DNA from: Candidatus Micrarchaeota archaeon
GTDB lineage: Archaea; Micrarchaeota; Micrarchaeia; Anstonellales; Bilamarchaeaceae
Assembly (NCBI GenBank): GCA_032123335.1
Contig: JAQBFN010000008.1
Location: 1-43,518 of the forward strand
Direction: 5' to 3'
DNA length: 43,518 bases
Every line of letters starts with the position of its first letter. Position 1 is the stretch's first letter. Positions 1 to 9,902 of this stretch are shown piece by piece. The notes under the pieces were generated by a model. That model did no database searches. It saw nothing but the letters and a program-made list of their open reading frames with translations, and had not been told where the DNA came from. Both the position numbers and the translations under genes were made by a program.

Positions 1-1
1 G

Positions 2-3000
2 AACGAAACAGTATACTTCGACACTTCAGAATTCAGCTGGAGCAGCTGCTCGGATGTGGAGAATGATCTTTATGTTGACCTGGGCGCAGGGGACTGCAAG
101 GCATTCTGCGGAAACATCCTCACTGCAAACGGTGAAGAGCAAAACTACACTTTCGATAATTCCTGCATGAATTCAACATTCAACGTCACCGCAGGATTTA
201 CCTACCCGCCTTACCTCAATTATGAAGGTTATGCGGTAGGATTCAATGACTGGAACATCACACAGCAAACTGGCCCCAACATAATAGGCGGCTTGGACAT
301 AGGGGGAAACTTCTATTCTTCATATACCGGAGTTGACACAAATGGAGATGGAATTGGAGAAACCCCCTACCCAATACCAGAAGGAGGCGCAATAGACCAA
401 CTTCCCCTTACTAACCAGAGAGGAGGCGGTTATGTCTCCCTCTTCGCAGTCCCATTCAACATTTCCAACTTCACATTTGCAAGCTCCACATATGGGGAAT
501 ACATCGTTGCAGAATTCAATACAACTGAACCCACCAACTTTTTTATCCTGAGTTCATTCAACGTAGAAAAGCTTACTGCCGCAGGAACCAACGAAATCTG
601 GACCATGATAAAAGTAAATGGGACTATAGTTGATGAGGAGCGCATAAGGACAGTAAGTGGGATTGGGGATGTGGGCAGCACTGCTCTCCAGCCAATAAAC
701 TTCACCCTCCCCGCAGGGAATCATAATATAACTGTAGAGTTCAGGAGGACAGGAACAGGGATAATCTCAGTGTACAACGTTGAATTTACTCTGGGAAAAT
801 TCCTGAGCAATGCAGACAATCCTGTACGCTATCAGGTTCTTCCTGCAGATTACCAGCATACAGCAGTAGGTTATGAGCCGGCATTCAATTGGACCATAAC
901 AAAAACCGTGCCTTCCCGCACATTCCTGGCTGCCAAGGGAGCCCACCAGTCGACTGCTGCAGAATGGATAAGCTATCATTTTGAGAATTTGGACAATGGT
1001 GACGAATCCCCCACATGGGAAAGGTACCTTTCCTCTTCCAGTGATGTGGGCAGCATGCTTGGAGTGTTTGTTTCCAATTGCACCTGTTCAGCCAATTGGT
1101 CAATCCAAAGCAAGAATTACTTAGCGGGAAGGACAACAATAGTAAATATGACGATTATGGACTTTGACCTTATGGACAACCAGTCCAAGGAAATAAATAG
1201 TTTCTTCACCACAAATGCTTCCACGAACTGGAGCAACCCGGTTCTGATAAACTCGAACTGGAATAAATTGGCCAATTACACAATCGAGCTGAAAAATGGA
1301 ACAGGATTGTTCCTCTCTTTCACTGCAACGGCTCAGCAACCTCTGCCCACAACACAGGTTATTTCATATAAAGTAAATGTGAGCAACTCTTCGTGTGAAG
1401 GTTTTGTTGACCGCAGCCTGACAGGCACACTAGATGCAGGAAACATGATGATGTTCAAGATTTGCGACAATCTCACTACTGGGCAGAATTATACAGCAGA
1501 ATTGTGGACAAAGGCGGCCCCAGGAAGAACATTCAACGAATATGATGAATCTTTTGTAGGATTTGAAATTGGGGAATTCCCAATTAATGTAACCCAGCTT
1601 GAATCAGGGCAGTGCCAGATTATAACCTCTTCCGGGACCTATGGGCTTACGGGCAATGCGGTAGGGGCACCTTATGATGCATCCCCCCGTGTAGGGACAG
1701 TTTGCGTGAAAATAGCTTCTTCCGATGTGGTACTTGACTGCAATGGATTCAACATCTCAAACAATGGAACTGCTGGCACCACGCGTGCAATACTGCTCAA
1801 TGGATCTCTTACTAATGTGACAGTGAGGAACTGCCCGGGCCTCTCAGGCTATAGCTACGGGCTGGAGGCATACCAGTCCAACGAAAGCGTTTTCCGCAAT
1901 ATAACTGCATTCAACAATTCACTATATGGAATTTACCTGGCCACGAGCCACAACAACTCAATCCACGACAGCCTTTTCTACAACAACAGCATAGCCGGGG
2001 GCCTTTCAACTTCGGGCACGAGGAACCTCTACCAGAACAATTCCTTCTCCAACAATACCAATTATGGGTTCTATCTCCAATCCTCTTCCAACTACAACAA
2101 CTTTACCAACAATACCTTCAACAACAATAGCCTGTATGGGCTCCACCTTTTCCTTTCCCACAACAATTCAGTTTCCGGCAGCATAGCAGCAGAAAATGCT
2201 GTTTATGGAATCTACCTGGTCCAGAGCACCCAGAACAACCTGAGCAACAATACGGTCCATGGAAACAGCGGGCATGGCTTCGTTCTTACAAGCTCTGGTA
2301 ACAATAGGCTGCTTAACAACACTGCATATGGCCACGTTGATTCCGGAACCGCATCGGGCTTCTCTGTCCAGGGCTCGGAATACAACGTTTTCATAGGCAA
2401 TTCTGCCCACAATAATTCCCAGCACGGCTTCACCTTCTCCTCCAGCAACTACACAACCCTCCACAACAATAGTGCCTACAACAACAGTTTCGACGGAATC
2501 CAACTTCTTCTTAATTCCACCGGCAACAACCTAACTGAAAACATCCTCTTTGACAACCTCCAGAACGGAATCTGGCTGGATGTGCGCTCTTCCTTCAACC
2601 TGCTGGAGAACAACACCGCATACGATAATGCACTCTCCGGAATCCAGCTTACGGACCTTTCCAACAACAATATCCTCACCAACAACACAGCATACAATAA
2701 CGCCAAGGGATTCACCCTCACAATTGGCTTCAACCTTGCCCTGCCCGTAAGCAACAACACCCTGCGCAACAACCGGGCCTACAACAACACCAATGGATAC
2801 CTTCTGGAGCTCAACGCCAGCCTGAACCTCCTTGAAGACAACGTTGCATATAAAAACGATGACGGGTTCAGCCTGAGCTCTGCCTACAACAATACATTCA
2901 TCAATAGTTCATCCTACAACAACACCTACTCAGGGTTCACCCTTTCGGGGGGAGACGGCAACAGCTTCACCAACCTCACGTCCCAGAACAACACGGATGA

Positions 3001-4081
3001 CGGGTTTTATGCCACCGACTCCTCAAACATCACAATCGACCCATCCAAGCTCAAAAACAATGGCGCAAATGGGGTAAACCTCAACAACTGCGAGGATGTC
3101 CTGCTTGAAGATGTAGTAGTAAACGACAACAATGGCCACGGCCTCCACATGGTGCACGTGGAAAGGGCCCGGATACTCACTTCGGAATTCTGCAACAACC
3201 ACCAGTATGGGATACGGCTCCACCATTCACTTGACACTAACATTTCCAATTCCTTAATCTGCAACAACAGCGAATACGGGCTGCGCTCAGATGATTCAAA
3301 CAACACCCGCTCCTTCTCCAACAACATTACGAACAACACTATCACAGGAGTTTACCTGGATTCGGACAGCAGGTCCAATTCATTCAATGACACATTTGTC
3401 TGTTTCAACGGCTTTGACTTCAGCAACTCCAGCGCGCTTTCAGCAGGAACGCTGGATTACTGCGATTCCTACGCCAACTGGACAGAGAACGGCCACCCCG
3501 GCTGCACATTCAAATGCACAGATATCTGGCAATACTTCTACGGGGATGTAAACGGCTCCCTTCTCCTGGCCCCCAACCAGGTGGACATATTCTACTCCTG
3601 GCTTTGGGACGGGGATTCCGGAGCAGTATATGTGATAAGCGGGAATGCAACAATAGACTGGTCTTCCCTTATCGCACTCGGAAGGAACACTTCCCAGCAA
3701 AATTCCACAAATGACTTCACAGAGCTGGACACTCTCCTTGGAATTTCAGCAGAACCCGACAATGTAAACGATACATATTCCTATGATGGCAGCAATCCAA
3801 ACCTAGCAATGAACGTCTCAATCTTTGAGCATTTTGTTCCGTATGTGCCTCTGGCAAATTCCACCTTTACACCCGGAGATAGCTTCTTCACAGGAATTGT
3901 CTGGGACTCTTCCCAGGACACAAGCGGCAATGGCCAGTTTAACATTGCCGATAATGAAGACGTGGTATTCAGCTCAGGCATAGATGGAACTGCAGCTTAT
4001 GATTATGAGATAATGGTGCCTGCCACACTTGCAACCTACAAAGGTGGAAACACAGTGGAGTTCTGGGTAGAACTGGATTAG
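2..4081 (+). CDS. Giant surface protein with NosD/right-handed beta-helix repeats; 5'-truncated by the window edge
   Basis: Frame is open from position 2 (NETVYFDTSEF...). Many ~22-24 aa N-rich repeats (e.g. NNTAYNN..GF.L..S..N) and many N-x-S/T sequons. The C-terminal domain resembles the 5901-6563 protein. Confidence 0.85.
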   Translation, partial: NETVYFDTSEFSWSSCSDVENDLYVDLGAGDCKAFCGNILTANGEEQNYTFDNSCMNSTFNVTAGFTYPPYLNYEGYAVGFNDWNITQQTGPNIIGGLDIGGNFYSSYTGVDTNGDGIGETPYPIPEGGAIDQLPLTNQRGGGYVSLFAVPFNISNFTFASSTYGEYIVAEFNTTEPTNFFILSSFNVEKLTAAGTNEIWTMIKVNGTIVDEERIRTVSGIGDVGSTALQPINFTLPAGNHNITVEFRRTGTGIISVYNVEFTLGKFLSNADNPVRYQVLPADYQHTAVGYEPAFNWTITKTVPSRTFLAAKGAHQSTAAEWISYHFENLDNGDESPTWERYLSSSSDVGSMLGVFVSNCTCSANWSIQSKNYLAGRTTIVNMTIMDFDLMDNQSKEINSFFTTNASTNWSNPVLINSNWNKLANYTIELKNGTGLFLSFTATAQQPLPTTQVISYKVNVSNSSCEGFVDRSLTGTLDAGNMMMFKICDNLTTGQNYTAELWTKAAPGRTFNEYDESFVGFEIGEFPINVTQLESGQCQIITSSGTYGLTGNAVGAPYDASPRVGTVCVKIASSDVVLDCNGFNISNNGTAGTTRAILLNGSLTNVTVRNCPGLSGYSYGLEAYQSNESVFRNITAFNNSLYGIYLATSHNNSIHDSLFYNNSIAGGLSTSGTRNLYQNNSFSNNTNYGFYLQSSSNYNNFTNNTFNNNSLYGLHLFLSHNNSVSGSIAAENAVYGIYLVQSTQNNLSNNTVHGNSGHGFVLTSSGNNRLLNNTAYGHVDSGTASGFSVQGSEYNVFIGNSAHNNSQHGFTFSSSNYTTLHNNSAYNNSFDGIQLLLNSTGNNLTENILFDNLQNGIWLDVRSSFNLLENNTAYDNALSGIQLTDLSNNNILTNNTAYNNAKGFTLTIGFNLALPVSNNTLRNNRAYNNTNGYLLELNASLNLLEDNVAYKNDDGFSLSSAYNNTFINSSSYNNTYSGFTLSGGDGNSFTNLTSQNNTDDGFYATDSSNITIDPSKLKNNGANGVNLNNCEDVLLEDVVVNDNNGHGLHMVHVERARILTSEFCNNHQYGIRLHHSLDTNISNSLICNNSEYGLRSDDSNNTRSFSNNITNNTITGVYLDSDSRSNSFNDTFVCFNGFDFSNSSALSAGTLDYCDSYANWTENGHPGCTFKCTDIWQYFYGDVNGSLLLAPNQVDIFYSWLWDGDSGAVYVISGNATIDWSSLIALGRNTSQQNSTNDFTELDTLLGISAEPDNVNDTYSYDGSNPNLAMNVSIFEHFVPYVPLANSTFTPGDSFFTGIVWDSSQDTSGNGQFNIADNEDVVFSSGIDGTAAYDYEIMVPATLATYKGGNTVEFWVELD

Positions 4082-4118
4082 GATTTAGAATAATAAAAGA
4101 AAACAGGAAGAGAAGAAA

Positions 4119-5816
4119 CTACTTCTTCTTTTTCTCCTCTTTCTTCCTTCCAAGCACAAGATACAAAATTACAACTACCAGCACCAGTATCAGGAGCATA
4201 AACAGGAGGTTCATATCGAACCCTGCGTTTTCCTCCACAGGAGCTTCAACCGCAAATACATGGCTAGCATCAACGCGCTTCTCCATAAAGGCTTCACGGG
4301 AACCATAGTCCGCTCCCGCAACAACTTCCACATCTCCGGAAGAAGAGCCCAATATTCCCGGGAACTTCACCATTTCCGCTTCCCCAACCCCCAGCTGGTA
4401 AAGCGTATCACTCTTTATCTTGGTGCTCTTTCCGCCCATCTCAACGGTTGCATCAGGCCTGAAGTAAACTTCTTCTCCCCCAACATTATCGTAGGTTATG
4501 AACACATCCCCTGTTTCCTCATCCTGGGTAAACCCGCTTACATCAAGCAAAGACTGGTCAACATATGCAACCCTCCCTGCATTCAGGGTAACCTGTATAC
4601 CATTTTCCATGGACCTTTTGGATGAGCCATAAAGCGCAGTAATCTCAACTACTATTTCTCCCTCTTCCACTCCGAGTTCATAGCCTCTTCCGAGTATCTC
4701 TTCCCTGTCCAGCTGGAAGGGCTCTTCATCACCAATCGCCCCAACCTTGCCCCCATCCACATAAACATCAATCTGGCTTTGCACGTATTCCGGTGCATTT
4801 CCGGTGTTCCCATAGGTTATTTCCAGCATCCCGGAAGCAGTATTGTATTCCGCCTTTGTTATTTCCAGCCCTATAATCGGCCCGCGGAGCGGGAAAAGGT
4901 CCACCGGAAGCATCCCTGAGCCCACGGAAGGCACGCTCTGCCCGAATTTCACGAGCACGGCAAGGGAATCCTCCCCAAGTGCATTGTTTATCGAAGTCTT
5001 CAGGTCATAAGCAGTCTGCGCATATTCTGAATCCACAACCAGCCCGACAGATACCTGCCCAGCTTCTACTTTCTCCTCCATATAGTTGTATACATCCGTG
5101 GAAATGATTGGGCTGATGAGTACCACAGGGTCATCCCCTGCAATAATAGTGTCCTCCATCGCATTCCCGTCAGAAAGAATCACCTGCTTTTTCTCAGGCC
5201 TTATCTTGAAATACTCATCCGCAATTTCCATATTGTCCAGGAACTTGTCCCCATTATTTATCTCAGTGTAGCTTATCCCTCCTTCCCCAAGGGCAAGCTT
5301 GACCTCCTCATCCACGTATCCGTAAACAAGAACTTCTTCAGGGTTTTTGCCCTTCAAGAATTCCACAACTGAACCCGAGAGTTCCCTGTCCACAAAAATC
5401 AGGTACATTCCCTTTTCTTTTGCATAAGGAAGCACGGAAACCGTATTATATCCATAAACAGGATCCACAAGCACAAAGCTCTCCGCCCTGCTCCTATCCG
5501 CCAGCAGCAGGTTTGTTTCATATGGGTCCGAGGAGCTAATCAGGGTAACAGTATTCCCCTTGTTCTCCAGCGTATTCCTCATGCCCACGATTATCGGGCT
5601 TCCGGCAGACTGCACAAGCACAACATCCCCGTTCCAGCCAATCTTCCCGTAAACCACATTTTCCAGGTAATCCGGAGGCACGAACTGGGCCTGCTCCCCC
5701 ACAACATTCCCATAGTATATCCCGGAAACCACGTCCCTTCCATCCAGCGAGTTTACAACTACAAGGCTAGACCCAAATGAAACTACAAGTAACAGTAAAA
5801 GAACCCACACTCTCAT
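4119..5816 (-). CDS. Secreted, C-terminally membrane-anchored protein of unknown function
   Basis: N-terminal hydrophobic signal peptide; C-terminal TM helix followed by GRKKEEKKKK. Confidence 0.8.
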   Translation of the reverse strand: MRVWVLLLLLVVSFGSSLVVVNSLDGRDVVSGIYYGNVVGEQAQFVPPDYLENVVYGKIGWNGDVVLVQSAGSPIIVGMRNTLENKGNTVTLISSSDPYETNLLLADRSRAESFVLVDPVYGYNTVSVLPYAKEKGMYLIFVDRELSGSVVEFLKGKNPEEVLVYGYVDEEVKLALGEGGISYTEINNGDKFLDNMEIADEYFKIRPEKKQVILSDGNAMEDTIIAGDDPVVLISPIISTDVYNYMEEKVEAGQVSVGLVVDSEYAQTAYDLKTSINNALGEDSLAVLVKFGQSVPSVGSGMLPVDLFPLRGPIIGLEITKAEYNTASGMLEITYGNTGNAPEYVQSQIDVYVDGGKVGAIGDEEPFQLDREEILGRGYELGVEEGEIVVEITALYGSSKRSMENGIQVTLNAGRVAYVDQSLLDVSGFTQDEETGDVFITYDNVGGEEVYFRPDATVEMGGKSTKIKSDTLYQLGVGEAEMVKFPGILGSSSGDVEVVAGADYGSREAFMEKRVDASHVFAVEAPVEENAGFDMNLLFMLLILVLVVVILYLVLGRKKEEKKKK

Positions 5817-5900
5817 GCTTTGGATTTTAGTCCGAAGACTTAAAAAGCTTATTACTGTTATATGCCTTAGTTAATGTATACACTTCGAGGTGGATATAAT

Positions 5901-6563
5901 ATGAAATATGGTTTCGCAATTGCGCTTCTTTTGCTTGCGGGACTTGCTTTTGCAATCCAGCCTGCTGAGAGTTGGCAGGTAGGTCCGCAGGGCAAGTACA
6001 CGCAGGTTGGGGCAGCGAATGTAGTTACAGAAGGAGGTAACGTTACCGAACTTAACCTCAGCTCAAACATCTCAACCGAGAAGTGGGCAGGTTACTGGGG
6101 AAACGTTACCGGGCAGATCGTTCTTGCTCCGAATAATGTTGACATGTTCTACACATGGGCATGGACATCAGCGGACGGAGGAGAGGTCTGTGCGGTTGCA
6201 GCAGCATCCGGTTTTGACTGGTCTACAATCCAGGCAGCAACTGGTGCAGACATCGACAGCGTCTGGTTGTTTGATGTTCTGGATATCGACAGTGGAACAA
6301 ACACTTTTGCAGCAGGATGCAATGTTGACATTGCAGGAACACCTGTGAACACTGAGCAGGCTGTAACCGGAGGAGGCCTTGAGACCTGTGTTGTTGCAGA
6401 CAATGCAGCACCCGCAGCCAAGGACGAGCTTGCATTCTGTGTGAACATTACTGCAGGAACGACTCTCTTCAACACATTGACCGGAGATTATGAGCTTCTC
6501 ACTGCAGCAGATGAAGTTGCAGGAGCAGTAGAAACCCATTACTTCTGGCTTGAGCTGAACTAG
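5901..6563 (+). CDS. Secreted beta-rich protein, candidate filament/surface subunit
   Basis: ATG at 5901 follows SD-like GAGGTGG; signal peptide MKYGFAIALLLLAGLAFA; ends YFWLELN. Confidence 0.8.
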   Translation: MKYGFAIALLLLAGLAFAIQPAESWQVGPQGKYTQVGAANVVTEGGNVTELNLSSNISTEKWAGYWGNVTGQIVLAPNNVDMFYTWAWTSADGGEVCAVAAASGFDWSTIQAATGADIDSVWLFDVLDIDSGTNTFAAGCNVDIAGTPVNTEQAVTGGGLETCVVADNAAPAAKDELAFCVNITAGTTLFNTLTGDYELLTAADEVAGAVETHYFWLELN

Positions 6564-6594
6564 AGGGTTCAACCCTCTCTTTTCTTTATTTTCT
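6562..6594 (+). terminator. Hairpin plus T-tract terminator
   Basis: AGAGGGTT-C-AACCCTCT inverted repeat overlapping the stop codon, followed by CTTTTCTTTATTTTCT. Confidence 0.7.
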
Positions 6595-6640
6595 ACGCGC
6601 GTACACTAATCCTTATAAATTTTACTTCAGATTTATCGCC

Positions 6641-8284
6641 ATGAGACAGTATCTGATAGTTTCCCTGTTTGTTTTTGGTTTGCTGCTTGCAGGATGCCCT
6701 GGCAATGGAACAAGTAGCCAGGCATGCCCGGAGACCGAGCAGCTGGTTTGCGGTGCAGATGGCACTACTTACACGAATCCCTGCTTTGCAAATAAAGCCG
6801 GAGTGAATGTGGCCCACGATGGCCCGTGCACAACTCCTCCTTCCGCAGAATGCACTGATGGAGACGGAGGAAAGGACCTCTTTGTTGCGGGAAGCGTCCT
6901 CGGCCCGGATGGCGCCTACAAGGATGATTTCTGCAAGGACAAGAACACAGTTGTAGAATACTACTGCGACAACGGTGCAGTTTCCTCAATGGAACTCCCG
7001 TGCCCCGTAGGATACCTCTGCACGAACGGGCTCTGCGATGTTGCCCCGTGCGATGATTCTGATGATGGAATAAAACCAGGGGTAAAGGGAACAACTTCCT
7101 CAGGAACAGAGGAGGAAACAGATACATGCGAAGATGAAACAACTCTTATAGAGTATTATTGCAAGGCTGGTGCAATCGCCTCGGAAACCGTTGATTGCCC
7201 CTCAAGCCAGCACTGTGTTGAAGGCGCATGTGTTGAGTTTGAATGTGAAGATTCAGATGATGGCCAGGACACTTCCGAAGCAGGAACAGTAACCAAGGGT
7301 GACGTTACCCAGAATGATGCCTGCTACGACCCGGATACAGTAAAGGAATACTACTGCGAATCAGGAATCGTGAAGAGCAAGAACATTGACTGCGGTGCAG
7401 ATGAGCACTGTGTTGAAGGCGCCTGCGTTGAAAAGGAACTCTGCGAAGATACAGATGGCCAGGACAAGTTCACCGTAGGGACCACAACGTTTGAAGGAGA
7501 CTCTTACATAGATACGTGCTACAGCGATGCAACAGTAGTAGAATACTACTGCGAAGGCGGAACAGTAAAGACCAAGACCCTTGTATGCGGCATTGGTTAT
7601 GAATGCACAGGAGGGATGTGCGTTGAGGTAGAGTGCGAAGAGGATGACCTGGATGAAACCCCTGTGCGCTACGAGATGATGAGCGATGATGAGGCAAGGC
7701 TCTATGAAGGCGACCTCATTGAAGTCGAAGTAGGAAGCGACAGGTTCATGCTTGAGCTTGTGGAAGTTTCGGATAATGAAACCGCAGTTTTTGCGCTTTA
7801 TGCAAATTATGAAGACTACCTGGACGGCGATGACATCTGCGATGACGAGGGCGTTGGGCTTGGCGATACCGGCCAGGACATCTGCGATGAAGAGCTTGAC
7901 CTTGACCTGGAAGTAGTGGACGACACTGACTACTTTGTGGAAATAAGCACAGGGGAAGACTTCAACTTTGTCCAGTACTTTGTGCAGGAAGGGAAGGAGT
8001 TCACCGGCTCTGGCTGCGAAGTGGACATGGAGATAGATAAGGAAACCTCCAACTTCTACCCGCCCATTGGAGAACAGCTCGAAGGGAAGAAGTTCAGGAT
8101 GCTCGGGGAGCTCACAACGATTGATGAGGTGGACGTCTCAGGCCTAACCCTTTCCATAGAATTTGATGGGGATGATTATGACCTGGAAGACGGTGACACT
8201 GTAGAGCTTGATGGGGATGATTACACAGTGGACATCCGCTTCACTGATTGGGGAGTGGACAGGATAGTGGTTGAGCCGGACTAA
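6641..8284 (+). CDS. Cys-rich repeat lipoprotein with N-terminal Kazal-like domain
   Basis: Lipobox LLAGC; Kazal-like VCGADGTTYTNPC...HDGPC; four repeats of CxDxDxG...DxC...EYYC...C...C..G.C; acidic C-terminal domain. Confidence 0.8.
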   Translation: MRQYLIVSLFVFGLLLAGCPGNGTSSQACPETEQLVCGADGTTYTNPCFANKAGVNVAHDGPCTTPPSAECTDGDGGKDLFVAGSVLGPDGAYKDDFCKDKNTVVEYYCDNGAVSSMELPCPVGYLCTNGLCDVAPCDDSDDGIKPGVKGTTSSGTEEETDTCEDETTLIEYYCKAGAIASETVDCPSSQHCVEGACVEFECEDSDDGQDTSEAGTVTKGDVTQNDACYDPDTVKEYYCESGIVKSKNIDCGADEHCVEGACVEKELCEDTDGQDKFTVGTTTFEGDSYIDTCYSDATVVEYYCEGGTVKTKTLVCGIGYECTGGMCVEVECEEDDLDETPVRYEMMSDDEARLYEGDLIEVEVGSDRFMLELVEVSDNETAVFALYANYEDYLDGDDICDDEGVGLGDTGQDICDEELDLDLEVVDDTDYFVEISTGEDFNFVQYFVQEGKEFTGSGCEVDMEIDKETSNFYPPIGEQLEGKKFRMLGELTTIDEVDVSGLTLSIEFDGDDYDLEDGDTVELDGDDYTVDIRFTDWGVDRIVVEPD

Positions 8285-8323
8285 TCCGGTTTTCCCCTTT
8301 TCTTTTAATTTTATTTTCCTTTT
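8276..8323 (+). terminator. Hairpin plus long pyrimidine tract between convergent genes
   Basis: CCGGA-CTAA-TCCGG followed by T-rich sequence. Confidence 0.55.
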
Positions 8324-9376
8324 CTATTTCTCCAGAATCCTTTCTATCTCTTCAATAAAATAAGCATATGAAACCCATCCTTCCCCGGTATCCACATGGA
8401 TATCCTCATTGTCTATAAGCACTTCCACAAACCCTCCATCCCGAATCAGGTAGCTTTCTCCATCCCACTCAGCCCTTGCGAGATATGAGCCATCCTGAGG
8501 CTCAAAAATAACATCCTCTGAAACAAGCGCGCAGTGCCCATAACCTCCCCCAACCGGGAAGCACGCAACCTGCAAATCCTCAATCTTCATGTTTATGTCT
8601 GCGTAAGAATAATAGTAAGTAATTCCATCATCCGAATAAACCTCAAAATACCCCGGCCTGTTGAAATCAACAACCCTCAGCTCATCCACTCCATGCTCCG
8701 CTGCAATCTCATTGATTATTGCCTTTACAAAAATAGACCAGTCCTCGCAGTCCCCTCCCCTGTCCCTTTCAAATTCATCCAGGGATTTTATGTAGTCCTT
8801 AGCCTCACTTTCGTATTCGTAATCCCTTTCATCAAGCACATAAACAACACAGGGCATATTCAGCACACCTCCCTCTTCGATGCATTTAGTGTCAATCCTT
8901 GAAAGGAACCCTTTTGTTTCCCCGCCAAAATCCGCATTTGCAGTATACCAGTACATCTTCTCCTCCAGGCCCATTTCAAAATCCTCAATCTCCCCAACAA
9001 GCAGTTCATATTCCGCAGCTTTCTCTTCGTACTGCCCCTGCAATTCTATATACTCCTCCCGGAATTGCTCAAAATTCTCCTCTATGCTGGTAACCCTTCC
9101 CTTAGTCGCCTCCAAATCCACCGCAACCTCCTCAATCCCAGCCTCAAGCGCGGAATCCGCCTGCCCCATCTCCAGCTTCAGCCCGTCAATTCGGTTTCCT
9201 TCAAATGCAACCGAATCCCGCACTTCCGCAAGCTCAGCCTTAGTTCCTGCAAGCTCCTCGGAAAGCGCAGCATTCTCCGCCCTGAGGGCTGCAGAATCCC
9301 TAAAATGCACAAAACTGAACACAAGCAAAACAATACAGAAAACAAGAAGAACTGCATCTGCCCAGTCTATCTTCAT
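8324..9376 (-). CDS. Membrane-anchored coiled-coil protein with transglutaminase-like cysteine-protease domain
   Basis: N-terminal TM, heptad-rich segment, GDCEDW motif, then downstream GHC and EPQ. Confidence 0.65.
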   Translation of the reverse strand: MKIDWADAVLLVFCIVLLVFSFVHFRDSAALRAENAALSEELAGTKAELAEVRDSVAFEGNRIDGLKLEMGQADSALEAGIEEVAVDLEATKGRVTSIEENFEQFREEYIELQGQYEEKAAEYELLVGEIEDFEMGLEEKMYWYTANADFGGETKGFLSRIDTKCIEEGGVLNMPCVVYVLDERDYEYESEAKDYIKSLDEFERDRGGDCEDWSIFVKAIINEIAAEHGVDELRVVDFNRPGYFEVYSDDGITYYYSYADINMKIEDLQVACFPVGGGYGHCALVSEDVIFEPQDGSYLARAEWDGESYLIRDGGFVEVLIDNEDIHVDTGEGWVSYAYFIEEIERILEK

Positions 9377-9412
9377 GATTACGGTGAAGCACGCAAAAAT
9401 TAAATATCTTCT

Positions 9413-9898
9413 CTAATCCTTTTTCCTGCTCCGTGCATCATCCACGGATGCGAGCCAGGAGTCCCCAATCTTCATGAAATAGTTCCCAAAGGTCTTGCTC
9501 AGCGAAACCGTCATCGGCCTGTACTTGCGCATGCTCTCCCGCGCCACAATCGTTTCCCTTTCCACCTTAATCATGCCCACCCTCCTTAACCTGGGCAAAA
9601 CACGATTGTAAAAAGTAGCTTTAGATATTCCATTTTCGGAAAGGAACTTCCCGATGTCCGCGCCTTCCATATACATCTTCCCGGAAAGCTCTTTCAAGAA
9701 CCCAACTGCAATCTCATAATACTTGGGCTGGTACTTCCTGGAAAATACAAAATTAACTACTTCCTCCAGGTTCCACAAATTACGCGTTATGTTCTCTTCT
9801 TTGTCCTGGAAGCTCCTAAGCTCCGGGCTATTGTGCGGGGGAAGGTAAACTGACTCAGAAGAAGGGACTCCCCTGGGTATTTTCTTTTCCCTGCCCAT
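9413..9898 (-). CDS. Hypothetical protein, probable winged-helix DNA-binding domain
   Basis: ATG at 9898 avoids overlap with the upstream gene; ISKATFYNRVLPRLRRVGMI is HTH-like. Confidence 0.65.
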   Translation of the reverse strand: MGREKKIPRGVPSSESVYLPPHNSPELRSFQDKEENITRNLWNLEEVVNFVFSRKYQPKYYEIAVGFLKELSGKMYMEGADIGKFLSENGISKATFYNRVLPRLRRVGMIKVERETIVARESMRKYRPMTVSLSKTFGNYFMKIGDSWLASVDDARSRKKD

Positions 9899-9902
9899 GC
9901 AC

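Noticed and set aside
1900..3400. Dense AAC/AACAAC runs as a DGR template repeat or repeat array
   Set aside because: They encode the Asn ladders of the beta-helix in frame and show no similarity to the 18188-18285 VR-like segment.
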